Numbered from the stretch's first letter, positions 18,125-27,056 are shown. The stretch: 64,000 nt of DNA from Acidimicrobiia bacterium (GCA_040510135.1 JBEVJN010000050.1:33461-97460), one strand, 5' to 3'. Made by a program: numbers and translations. Notes: generated by a model from the sequence alone, not told the origin.

Positions 18125-19030
18125 GATCTCCAGGACCTGGAGCGACCAGGGCACGTATCCGCCGTCAGGGCCGGGCTTGTACTGGCCGAATGCAGGCAGT
18201 CCGTTGGCCGGCTCCGTGGGCACGACGACCGACCCCCGGCAACCGATGCCTGTGCCCAGGAACCAACCCCGGATGGCGACATGACCACGCAGCCAGAGGT
18301 CATACGGCGGCATCGACTGCACCACGTCGTCGTGAAGGAGGGCGACCAGAGAGTCGAGGTCGTATCTCTCGAAGGCGTCGACATAACGGCTGAGCAGGGC
18401 CTTCTGCTCATCGTCGAGGGGCCGGAAGGCATCTGATTCGGTCGGCTCGAGCTCGGCGAGCGTCGCCCTCGCCCGCTGTAGTGCGCTGTTGACAGAGGCG
18501 ACCGTGGTCTCCAATAGCTCGGCGACCTCGTCGGCCTTCCAGCGAAGGACCTCACGCAAGATCAAGACTGCCCGCTGTCGCGCCGGAAGATGCTGGAGGG
18601 CGGTGATGAAGGCGAGCCGCACGGACTCCTTCGCGATCGCTATCTCCGCTGGATCGGTGCTCGGGCCGAGGATGACGCTGTCGGGAACCGGCTCGATCCA
18701 GGTGACCTCCGGCAGGGGAGCGGGAAGGATGGTGTCGGCACTGGAGGCAGGCCCGAGGTCCATTGGGCGAGCCCGGCGTTCCCGGCCTTCGAGCATGTCG
18801 AGGCAGACATTGGTGGTGATGCGGTAGAGCCAGGTCCTCAAGGACGAGCGACCCTCGAATCGGTCGCTGGCCCTCCAAGCCCTGATCAAGCTCTCTTGGA
18901 CTGCATCCTCGGCCTCGAACGATGAGCCCAGCATCCGGTAGGCGTAGCCAGTGAGCTCGCGCCGATATTGGTCCAGATCCTCGTGCGAGGGCGTGTCGCT
19001 TCTGGTTTCGGTGGCCGTCGATTCGCTCAT
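18035..19030 (-). CDS. ECF-type sigma factor with a C-terminal NTF2/SnoaL-like domain (SigG/SigJ-like)
   Basis: Region 2 (AEDAVQESLIRAWRA, WLYRITTNVCLDML), region 4 (RAVLILREVLRWKADEVAELLETTVASVNSALQRAR), then a ~130-aa SnoaL-like tail ending FGLPLVYEG. Confidence 0.9.
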   Translation of the reverse strand: MSESTATETRSDTPSHEDLDQYRRELTGYAYRMLGSSFEAEDAVQESLIRAWRASDRFEGRSSLRTWLYRITTNVCLDMLEGRERRARPMDLGPASSADTILPAPLPEVTWIEPVPDSVILGPSTDPAEIAIAKESVRLAFITALQHLPARQRAVLILREVLRWKADEVAELLETTVASVNSALQRARATLAELEPTESDAFRPLDDEQKALLSRYVDAFERYDLDSLVALLHDDVVQSMPPYDLWLRGHVAIRGWFLGTGIGCRGSVVVPTEPANGLPAFGQYKPGPDGGYVPWSLQVLEISYGRISGLNFFLDTDRLFPLFGLPLVYEG

Positions 19031-19194
19031 GTGGCCCCCCCAGTATGGGACATCTACATCTCGAGTCGGACAGCGAATACGACCCCTGCCCGATGACCTG
19101 GCATGTCTGCCGATTAATTCTGACCTTGATTGCGGTCTGAATCGATCGGGTAACCCCCGAGCTGTCCACTCTCGCGCAATTGAGAGGAGTAACC

Positions 19195-20580
19195 ATGCAG
19201 AGCCCTGTCACAACCACCAACGCGCTGTCGATCCCCAAGCTACGCGAAGTGGTCGACGGTGAAGTGATAACACCTGACGACGATTCCTACGACGAAGCAC
19301 GGCACGTTTTCTACGGCATCGATCGCAGCCCGGCCGTGATCATCCGCCCCACCGATGCAAACGAGGCGGCGTATGTCGTTTCCATCGCTCGTGATTCCGG
19401 AACAGAGCTGGCGGTACGTAGTGGCGGTCACAGCCTCGCCGGGTATGGAAGCTCGAACGGCGGGATCACCCTCGACCTGTCGGCGATGAAGGCCGTCGAG
19501 GTCGATCCAGAGAAGCGCACCGCTTGGGCCCAGACCGGGTTGACCGCTGGCGAGCTCACCACGGCGCTCGGGGAGCACGGTCTCGCCGTCGGGTTCGGCG
19601 ACACCGGCTCAGTGGGGATCGGCGGGATCACCCTCGGGGGCGGGGTGGGATTCCTATCCCGGAAGTTTGGCCTGACCATCGACTCGCTCCTCGCAGCCGA
19701 GCTGGTGACCGCCGACGGGAAGGTGCTCGAGGTCGACGCCGAGAACCACCCCGATCTCTTCTGGGCGATCCGAGGTGGCGGTGGCAACTTCGGAGTGGCG
19801 ACCAGGTTCCAGTTCCGACTCCACGAAGTCGATGAGATGTTCGGAGGAATGCTGATTCTGCCCGCCACACCCGAAACGGTTGCCGGGTTCGTGGAGCTTG
19901 CCGATTCCGCCCCCGACGAGCTGTCCACCATCGCCACCGTCATGAAGGCGCCGCCGATGCCCTTCCTCCCCGAAGAACTGCACGGCCAGGTGATCTTTTT
20001 CACCCTCCTTGTCTACACGGGGGACCCCGATTCTGGTGAAGCCGTCGTCGCCCCGTTCCGGAAGCTGGCCACGCCGCTGTCCGACATGTTGCAGCCAAGT
20101 CGTTATGCGGGCATCTACGAGGGTGAAGAGGAGGGCGCCCCCCCAGGAGTGTTCGCGGTGCGGAATCTGTTCGTAGACAACATCGATCGGGCGGCGGCCG
20201 AGACGATCATCGACCAGGTCACCGCTTCGACCTCGGCGATGGCGGTGACTCAGATCAGAGTCCTGGGCGGAGCCATCCCGCGGGTTCCCGAGGAGACAAC
20301 GGCCTACGCCCACCGTCGGCAACCGATCATGCTCAACATCGCATCGATGTTCGAGCAGCTGGATGAAGCCGCAACTCACCAAGCATGGGTGGACGGTCTC
20401 GCCACCGCCCTAGGCGACAAGGGCATTGCCTACGTCAATTTCATCGGCGACGAGAGTCCGGAGCGGGTGCGTCAGGCCTACCCGGGCAAGACCTGGGAGC
20501 GTCTCCAGGAGATCAAGCACCGGTACGACCCGATGAATCTGTTCCGGCTCAATCAGAACATCCCGCCGGCCGGCCACTGA
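19195..20580 (+). CDS. FAD-binding oxidoreductase (FAD_binding_4 / BBE-like)
   Basis: GAGAGGAG RBS before ATG 19195. Motifs RSGGHSLAGYGS and DLFWAIRGGGGNFGVAT, plus a C-terminal BBE-like YDPMNLFRLNQNI. Confidence 0.9.
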   Translation: MQSPVTTTNALSIPKLREVVDGEVITPDDDSYDEARHVFYGIDRSPAVIIRPTDANEAAYVVSIARDSGTELAVRSGGHSLAGYGSSNGGITLDLSAMKAVEVDPEKRTAWAQTGLTAGELTTALGEHGLAVGFGDTGSVGIGGITLGGGVGFLSRKFGLTIDSLLAAELVTADGKVLEVDAENHPDLFWAIRGGGGNFGVATRFQFRLHEVDEMFGGMLILPATPETVAGFVELADSAPDELSTIATVMKAPPMPFLPEELHGQVIFFTLLVYTGDPDSGEAVVAPFRKLATPLSDMLQPSRYAGIYEGEEEGAPPGVFAVRNLFVDNIDRAAAETIIDQVTASTSAMAVTQIRVLGGAIPRVPEETTAYAHRRQPIMLNIASMFEQLDEAATHQAWVDGLATALGDKGIAYVNFIGDESPERVRQAYPGKTWERLQEIKHRYDPMNLFRLNQNIPPAGH

Positions 20581-20649
20581 TGCCGATCAGCGGACCTGGC
20601 AGCCAACCTGATACGACCGACACACCATCCCGTGACCTCCTCAACGAGC

Positions 20650-20787
20650 TCATCGAGCCATCGACACGCATGTGGTGGACCCAGTCGGTGCGGCGGCGTG
20701 GAGACCGCACCGGTGCGACATGTTCCCGGTGACGAACCACTTCACACAGACGGGACAGGTCCACAGGTCGGACGTGTCGACGTTCAT
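20650..20787 (-). CDS. 45-codon Zn-ribbon-like micro-ORF, possibly a frameshifted remnant
   Basis: The ATG lies 4 nt after the STAND gene stop. The peptide is MNVDTSDLWTCPVCVKWFVTGNMSHRCGLH... (CxxC..HxC). It is below the track's length cut-off and was translated by hand. Confidence 0.3.
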   Translation of the reverse strand: MNVDTSDLWTCPVCVKWFVTGNMSHRCGLHAAAPTGSTTCVSMAR

Positions 20788-20790
20788 AGC

Positions 20791-23397
20791 TCAGCCGGTG
20801 GCGGCCAGTTCGTGGTGGGGCTGCAGGGCATAGGCGATCGCGTCCTGGGGTGACATCTCCCCGCCGGCACGGCGGGCGTCGGCGAGAGCCGGGTGTTCTG
20901 CCTCCGCAGCGACACCTGCGGCGTCGAGCATGCCTGCGATCAACGCCCATCTGACCAGCCCGACACGGGACCGGGCCGCGTTGGCTGCCCCCAAGGCAGT
21001 CATCGCCCTGACCTGGTCGCCCTCGGCAAATGCCAGCCAGGAGACCCCGTCGAGCAGCACGGCCAGCGACTCCATGCTCCGGAGACGATCGGCGTACTCG
21101 GCCGCTGCCTCGAGAGCGGTACGAGCAGGACCGATGTCCCCGGCCGTCAGATGTGTCATCGCTACTTGGCTGTATGTCTGGCAGATGAGGGGGACGATCT
21201 CCAGGCGCTTGGCGATGTCCAGTACTTCCATGTGGTTGTCGAGACCGGTGGCCAGGTCCCCATCGAGGGTCGACATGGCCGCCTGGAAGCTGAGGGCATA
21301 TCCGAGCACGAATGGATCGCCCAACGAGCGAGCCAGAGCCACCGCCTTTGCGATCTGCTCACGGGGCTCGGGGGCGGAGGCATCGCCGAACAGGAGCGAG
21401 CCGGCAAGCATCAAACGCGACCAGGCTTCGGTATCGCGGTCTCCGACCTTCAGCGCCAGCTCGATGGCAGGGCGGGCATAACTGATCGCGGAGGAACCGT
21501 CGCCGGTCTCCATCCGAAATCCGGAAGCGACGAACAGGATTCTGGCTTGAAGCTGCTCATCGAGACCGTCGATGGCGCCAACGAACTTGCTGGTGTACTT
21601 GTCGGTGTCGTTCCAGTGGTCACCCTGCCACGCCAGTATCCAGCTGCCGGTGTAGAGCGAGCCCGCCAGCGCGATTCGATCGGTCTCGAGCGCCCATTCC
21701 GCGGCCGCCCGAAAGTTGCGCCAGTCCTTTGACAGCGCATTGATGATCTCCCTCTGCCGTGGCCCCCGAAGCAGGGGCTCGGAGCTCGCGGCCACCGAGT
21801 CGAAATGCTCGGCGTGGCGGAGCCGGGTCTCCTCCTCGTCCCCGCCCGCCTCCAGGCGCTCCACTGCAAATTCGCGCATTGCGGTGCCCATGCTCATCCG
21901 GCCGTCGGGGTCGACGGTGATCATGCTTTGGGCGGCAAGAGTCTCCAGACCGAGGAACACGTCCGGTTCGTCGCCTCCGGCAACCGCCTCGGCAGCTTCC
22001 AGTGACCAGCCGTCGACGAAGACACCCAGCCGGCGGAAGAGGGCCTGATCGGGTTCGGAGAGGAGCCCGTGACTCCACTCGATGGTGGCGCGCAGGCTCT
22101 GCTGCCTGGTGGGGAGTTCGGGGGACGTGGTGGCAAGGTCAAGGACGCCTCCCAGCCTCTTCAGGATCGCCTCCGGGGGTAACAATCGGGCCTGGGCCGA
22201 CGCCAGTTCGATCGAGAGCGGATATCCCTCGAGCCGCGCCACCAGGTCGCAGACGACCGCGGCGTTGGAGGCGTCGAGTTGGAGGTCGGGGCGAACGGCC
22301 CTCGCCCGTTCCACGAAGAGACGTACCGCCGGGGAGGCTGAGATAGCCTCGAATCCCGAGCCCCCGACGGGAACCTCGAGCGGTGGCACCCGGATCTCGC
22401 GTTCGGCCCCTATCCGGAGTGGAGCCCTGCTGGTCACCAGGACCCGCAGGTCCGGGCACTTGGTGAGAAGATCGGCGAGGTCGATCGCAGCCGCACTGAC
22501 CCGCTCGAACCCGTCGAGAACGATAAGCACATCCAGGTCGGCTAGATGGTCGATCAAAGCGTCGAGTGCCGGATGACTCGGGTCTCCAGCCACTCCGAGC
22601 TGCTCCGCGATCGAGATGAAAACCCGGTCTGGCATCGTCTCGTTCGAAACGTCCACATACCCGATGCCATCGGCAAACTCAGCGGCGACTTGTGCGGCCA
22701 CAGCAAGGGCAAGACGGCTCTTGCCGATTCCGCCCGCGCCGGTGAGGGTGACGACTCGGGCCCCTTCCTCGAGAAGGAGCCGTTCCACCGTGGCGACATC
22801 CTCCTCGCGGTCGATGAAGGAGGTGGAAGGGCTCGGCAGATCGACCTCGTGACGACGCGCCCGCACTGGAGGGAAATCCCCCTTCAGGTCGGGTCCTTCC
22901 AACTGGTAGAGACGCTCGTTCCGACTGAGGCCTTTCATCGCATACAAACCGAGCTCCCTGCATTTGATCCCGGTGTCGGTGATCAGGGACCTGGTCGCTT
23001 CCGAGACGAGCACCTGGCCACCCCAGGCCGCCGCCATGATCCGGGCCGCCCGATGCACATCGATACCCGTGTAGTCGTCGCCGATGAGGGTGGGGGTCCC
23101 GGTGTGGATGCCCATTCGGACCCTGACCTGTGCCCCGGCCGGCCATGTGGCGCTTTGGAAATCGTTCTGGCAATCAATGGCGCTCGAGACCGCCTCACCT
23201 GCCTCGGCAAAAGCAGCGAACAGACCATCACCTTCGCTGCCAAAGATGGCCCCACCTCGCCGGGTGACGACTCCCTCGGTGATCTCCCGGTACATCCTGA
23301 GGAGGTCCGGGTAGCCCGCTCCAATCCGCTCGAGCAGTCCGGTGGATCCTTCGATGTCGAGGAACAGAAAGGTGACCGTTCCGCTGGGGAGAGTCAT
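20791..23397 (-). CDS. Class III nucleotide cyclase - STAND P-loop NTPase - TPR-like repeat protein (no HTH)
   Basis: Cyclase motifs VTFLFLDIEGSTGLLE, GDGLFAAF and RMGIHTG. Walker A is LTGAGGIGKSRLA and Walker B is VLIVLDGFE. The C-terminal ~450 aa are helical repeats. Confidence 0.9.
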   Translation of the reverse strand: MTLPSGTVTFLFLDIEGSTGLLERIGAGYPDLLRMYREITEGVVTRRGGAIFGSEGDGLFAAFAEAGEAVSSAIDCQNDFQSATWPAGAQVRVRMGIHTGTPTLIGDDYTGIDVHRAARIMAAAWGGQVLVSEATRSLITDTGIKCRELGLYAMKGLSRNERLYQLEGPDLKGDFPPVRARRHEVDLPSPSTSFIDREEDVATVERLLLEEGARVVTLTGAGGIGKSRLALAVAAQVAAEFADGIGYVDVSNETMPDRVFISIAEQLGVAGDPSHPALDALIDHLADLDVLIVLDGFERVSAAAIDLADLLTKCPDLRVLVTSRAPLRIGAEREIRVPPLEVPVGGSGFEAISASPAVRLFVERARAVRPDLQLDASNAAVVCDLVARLEGYPLSIELASAQARLLPPEAILKRLGGVLDLATTSPELPTRQQSLRATIEWSHGLLSEPDQALFRRLGVFVDGWSLEAAEAVAGGDEPDVFLGLETLAAQSMITVDPDGRMSMGTAMREFAVERLEAGGDEEETRLRHAEHFDSVAASSEPLLRGPRQREIINALSKDWRNFRAAAEWALETDRIALAGSLYTGSWILAWQGDHWNDTDKYTSKFVGAIDGLDEQLQARILFVASGFRMETGDGSSAISYARPAIELALKVGDRDTEAWSRLMLAGSLLFGDASAPEPREQIAKAVALARSLGDPFVLGYALSFQAAMSTLDGDLATGLDNHMEVLDIAKRLEIVPLICQTYSQVAMTHLTAGDIGPARTALEAAAEYADRLRSMESLAVLLDGVSWLAFAEGDQVRAMTALGAANAARSRVGLVRWALIAGMLDAAGVAAEAEHPALADARRAGGEMSPQDAIAYALQPHHELAATG

Positions 23398-24146
23398 GTG
23401 CTCTCGGCGTGGACACCGATGAACTCGAGGACACGGCTCCAGGCATCTGCCGACTCTCTGGAGAACCGATCCTGCTGGCGGTCGAAGAACGAGTGGGGGG
23501 CGTCGGAATACACCACCACCTCGTTTTCGACGCCGGCATTGTCCATGGCCTGCCGGAACCCCTCGACGACCTCGTTGGGGATCCCGGGGTCATCGCCACC
23601 CATCAACGCCAGGATGGGGCACTCGAAATCCTTCACCTCCTCCATCGGTCCCTTAGGCGGGCGCAAAGGGTTCCCGTAGAACCCGATCGCGCCGGCGAGA
23701 CCGTGTCCGGCGGCAGCCTGATGCCAGGAGTTGGATCCTCCAAAGCAGAAGCCGAGGGTGAAGATCGGTCGATTCGCATCCTGGTCGCGAAGATGGCCCA
23801 CCGCGGCCGCGGTGTCGGCGGTGACACCTTTCAGAGTGGTCCGTGGGACGTGCTCTTTGTAAGCGAATTCATCGTTCCTCTTGCCCACTCCGGCAGTCCG
23901 CCCGAAGTAATCGATCGCCACCGCGTCATAGCCATGCTCGGCCAGGCGGAGGGCCAACTCCTCATAGAAGTGGTGCAAACCGCGGACATCGGGGAGGATG
24001 ACCACGCCCGCCCCTTTGCTATTGGCGCTGGTAGCCGAGAACGCGGCGAAGCGATTCCCGTCGACGGAGGCCAGCACGAGGTCGCTGCCCGAAGCACCAC
24101 CCTCGATGGGATCGACTGGCGGTAGGGCATCGCCGTTGTAACACAT
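23394..24146 (-). CDS. Dienelactone hydrolase family protein
   Basis: The GFCFGG nucleophile elbow has Cys, and the C-terminal motif is PHSFF. Its stop overlaps the cyclase-STAND start (ATGA). Confidence 0.88.
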   Translation of the reverse strand: MCYNGDALPPVDPIEGGASGSDLVLASVDGNRFAAFSATSANSKGAGVVILPDVRGLHHFYEELALRLAEHGYDAVAIDYFGRTAGVGKRNDEFAYKEHVPRTTLKGVTADTAAAVGHLRDQDANRPIFTLGFCFGGSNSWHQAAAGHGLAGAIGFYGNPLRPPKGPMEEVKDFECPILALMGGDDPGIPNEVVEGFRQAMDNAGVENEVVVYSDAPHSFFDRQQDRFSRESADAWSRVLEFIGVHAEST

Positions 24147-24267
24147 CGGAGTCTCCGGTTGGACGCGGTCGCCATGAAACTACCCGAGATGAATGAGACC
24201 AATGCCGGAGTTGAGCTGACCGTAACGGTCCCGTGACGAGTCGGAGCCATGATTTCGTGGATGAAGA

Positions 24268-25473
24268 ATGAGTGATCCGGGCCGACGACGGCTGGCCTGG
24301 GCTCTGTGGGTAGTGACGATCCTCGCCTACTTGGTCGAGGTGGCTCTGCTTTTCGCCAATGCAGACCTCCCTGCCGCAGATCCGATCGACGCAGTGGACC
24401 CCTGGCTCCAAGCTCTGGAGGACCTGGCCTTTGTGGCGGTGGGGGCGCTGGGCTTGCGTCTCGTGCTTTCGCAACCGAGGAATGCGTTCTGCTGGTGGGT
24501 CCTGGTGGCCGGTCTCTCCTTTCCGTTGGAGGGCCTCACTGTCGAATTCACCCGGTTTGGGATGGACCGCTGGGGTGCAGTCCCGATCGTGGCCCTCGTC
24601 GGTTGGATGTCGCTGTGGTTGTGGATCCCGGGCTCATTCAGCATCCCATTCCTGTTGCTGCTCTATCCGGATGGGCACCTGCCCTCATCTCGTTGGCGAC
24701 CGGCGCTTTGGTTCACCATGACCGCGGTGGTCGCCACATTCGTCGCCGCCGCTTTCCTGGTCGAGCCGGAGCCGGTCGTCGGAATGCCACCCAACCCCCT
24801 TGGCATCACCGCCCTCAGTGAGTTCATCAACGCGGTGTTCCTGTACGTGGTTGTCCCTGGACAATTGATAGCCATCGTCCTCGGCCTGCTCTCGCTGGTA
24901 GCGCGTTATCGTCGGGGAGCAGGCGTCGAGCGCCAGCAGGTCAAGGTCCTGTTGTGGGTCGGGGCAGTTGCGGTCATTTTCTTCTCCGTGGATACACAGG
25001 GCGTGGGCGGCCCGATCTGGCTCGGTTCCGTCCTCAATGTCGTGTTCAGCATCTTTGTAGGCGCCGCGGTGACTCTTGCGGTCCTCCGCTACCGCCTGTT
25101 CGAGATCGACCGTCTGATCAGCCGAACGGTCACCTATGCAGTCCTGGCCGGAGCCCTCGGGCTCGTCTACGGATTCGGGGCGATTTGGCTGCCGTCGCGC
25201 ATCGTCGGCGAGCAGACTCCGCTGTTCGTGGCCGGATCCACCCTGGCTGTGGCCGCGCTGTTCAACCCTCTCCGACGCCGGGTCATGCGATGGGTCGATC
25301 GCAGATTCAACCGTTCGTCGTACGACCTCGAGCAGATCACCGACCGATTCGCCGCCCGCTTGCGAGATCAGGTCGATACCGACCGTCTCGCCGACGACTG
25401 GGCGACTGTGGTCACCAAGACCCTGCAGCCATCGGCAGTCGGAGTATGGGTACGCGAGAGGGCTGCCCGATGA
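24268..25473 (+). CDS. Polytopic membrane protein, sensor-kinase-like input module without a kinase (paralogue A)
   Basis: About 8-10 hydrophobic spans. Motifs LLLYPDGHLPSSRWRP, RYRRGAGVERQQVKVL and LRYRLFEIDRLISRT, with a cytoplasmic tail RRRVMRWVDRRFNRSSYD. It ends with no HisKA or HATPase domain. Confidence 0.8.
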   Translation: MSDPGRRRLAWALWVVTILAYLVEVALLFANADLPAADPIDAVDPWLQALEDLAFVAVGALGLRLVLSQPRNAFCWWVLVAGLSFPLEGLTVEFTRFGMDRWGAVPIVALVGWMSLWLWIPGSFSIPFLLLLYPDGHLPSSRWRPALWFTMTAVVATFVAAAFLVEPEPVVGMPPNPLGITALSEFINAVFLYVVVPGQLIAIVLGLLSLVARYRRGAGVERQQVKVLLWVGAVAVIFFSVDTQGVGGPIWLGSVLNVVFSIFVGAAVTLAVLRYRLFEIDRLISRTVTYAVLAGALGLVYGFGAIWLPSRIVGEQTPLFVAGSTLAVAALFNPLRRRVMRWVDRRFNRSSYDLEQITDRFAARLRDQVDTDRLADDWATVVTKTLQPSAVGVWVRERAAR

Positions 25474-26612
25474 CGTGGCGACGCTGGCTCGGAGTGGTAA
25501 TGGGATTCGTTGCCCTGGCGATATTCGTCGTCGTGGGCCTTCAAGACACGGAGAGCCAAAACCCACTCGTCGACATTTTGGGGGTGCTCGCCTTCGCCTC
25601 CCCCGCTCTGGTCGGCGGGTATCTGGTGTGGAGGCTTCCCGACAACGCGGTCGGCTGGATCCTGGCCGGTTTCGGCTTGGTCTTCACACTCGGCGTCATC
25701 GGCGAGACGATCGCGATCACGGATAATCCCCTGGCGAGTTGGGGTGCATGGCTCGGCTCATGGCAGTGGGCGACAGGCATGTTGTTGATCCTCGTCCTTC
25801 TCCCGCTGCGTTTTCCCGATGGCCGGCTGCCTTCACCTCGCTTCAGGTGGGTGACCCCGGTTGCTCTCATCAGTCTGACTTCGATCATCTTCGGCAATGC
25901 CTTCAAGGATTCGACTCTGATCGGAGGTGTGGAGGTCCACATGCCAATGGGTCTGGACCTGCCATTGCCTTTGTTCGACGCGGCCGCCCTCGTCGGAATG
26001 GCGCTCATGCTGGCCGCAGTCGGTGGAGCCGTTGTCAGCGCAGTGATGCGGTTTCGACGATCCACCGGCATCGAACGTCAGCAGATGAAGGTGTTCGCCG
26101 GTGCACTGACGATCTCGATTGTGGGGATGGCCCTCAACCTCGTCCTGTACGAGACCGGAAACGAACCGGCTGCCAACGCGATGTTCGCCACATTCGTCCT
26201 CGTTCTGGTCTCCTCGATCGCGGTGGCCGTCCTCCGTTACAGGCTCTACGACTTCGACCGGGTGATCAGCCGGACTGTTTCCTATGCCTTGCTGGTGCTG
26301 ATCCTCGGAGCGATCTACGTCGTCGGAGCAATCTGGTTGCCGACGCGAATTGTCGGAGAGCAATCCCCTTTGTTCGTGGCCGGGTCGACTCTGGCAGTGG
26401 CGGCGCTGTTCAATCCAATCCGGAGGAGAGTGATGACCTGGGTGGACCGCCGTTTCTACCGCTCCCGGTATCAGATGGAGCAGCTGATCCACGAGTTCTC
26501 CTCGCACCTCCAAGATCAGGTCGACCCTGATCAGATGGCGTCGGCCTGCGTCGGTCTGATCACGGACACCCTGCGCCCGACAACAGCGGGGGTGTGGGTC
26601 AGGAGCGGTTGA
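25470..26612 (+). CDS. Polytopic membrane protein, sensor-kinase-like input module without a kinase (paralogue B)
   Basis: ATGA overlap with paralogue A. Same motif series (LPLRFPDGRLPSPRFRW, RFRRSTGIERQQMKVF, LRYRLYDFDRVISRT, RRRVMTWVDRRFYRSRYQ). The ORF extension from 24954 is rejected. Confidence 0.8.
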   Translation: MTWRRWLGVVMGFVALAIFVVVGLQDTESQNPLVDILGVLAFASPALVGGYLVWRLPDNAVGWILAGFGLVFTLGVIGETIAITDNPLASWGAWLGSWQWATGMLLILVLLPLRFPDGRLPSPRFRWVTPVALISLTSIIFGNAFKDSTLIGGVEVHMPMGLDLPLPLFDAAALVGMALMLAAVGGAVVSAVMRFRRSTGIERQQMKVFAGALTISIVGMALNLVLYETGNEPAANAMFATFVLVLVSSIAVAVLRYRLYDFDRVISRTVSYALLVLILGAIYVVGAIWLPTRIVGEQSPLFVAGSTLAVAALFNPIRRRVMTWVDRRFYRSRYQMEQLIHEFSSHLQDQVDPDQMASACVGLITDTLRPTTAGVWVRSG

Positions 26613-26621
26613 CCGGTCGAA

Positions 26622-26813
26622 CTACCCGGCTCGCCCACTGTTTTTCTCAGCCCAAACCGTGGCCTTCCCGGCGGAGGACTCAGCCTTGCTCGACGGGCTT
26701 CGGGCGCCTCCATTGTGAGACACCTCAACTCCTCGTTTGGCACTCCCTAGGGTGTTGGCAGCACGGGCAAAACGCTCCTCGGCGTACCTCAGACTCGTCA
26801 GCTTGATCGGCAT
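26622..26813 (-). CDS. Candidate small protein (63 aa), unknown function
   Basis: AGGAGG lies 6 nt upstream of the ATG (read on the minus strand: ccAGGAGGagacccATG). It sits in an otherwise non-coding 590-bp gap, and its codon bias is weaker than in neighbouring genes. Confidence 0.4.
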   Translation of the reverse strand: MPIKLTSLRYAEERFARAANTLGSAKRGVEVSHNGGARSPSSKAESSAGKATVWAEKNSGRAG

Positions 26814-27014
26814 GGGTCTCCTCCTGGCCAGTACGTCTCCTTTCCACGAACCGGCTCGAGCTCAAACCGGTTTGCACCGCAGACAGGAGGAGTTGTCACC
26901 AACACAGCTCAAATCATCTCCCGTCTGTCTGGTCGAAATGAGACGGTCACGCAACGTTCAACCACGCCGGGAAATACCCCGGCAGCTCGATCGGTTGTCA
27001 CCTAACGTGCTCAG

Positions 27015-27056
27015 GCGGTGATAGACATTGCGGACCGAAACTGTCCGCATTACCGC
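27015..27056. promoter_or_regulatory. Imperfect extended palindrome/hairpin centred on TGCGGAC-N7-GTCCGCA
   Basis: 7-bp perfect inverted repeat at 27029..27049, flanked by GCGGT/ACCGC. It lies upstream of the DrrAB-like ABC operon and could be an operator or an RNA structure. Confidence 0.3.

Noticed and set aside
24954-25469. 172-codon N-terminal extension of the ORF containing membrane paralogue B.
   Set aside because: The extension is Arg/Pro-rich and lies out of frame inside paralogue A. ATG 25470 gives an ATGA junction and a TM-helix N-terminus parallel to paralogue A.
26737-27021. 94-aa plus-strand ORF in the long intergenic gap.
   Set aside because: It has no RBS and odd composition, and it overlaps the better-supported SD-preceded minus-strand sORF. 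It is treated as non-coding.
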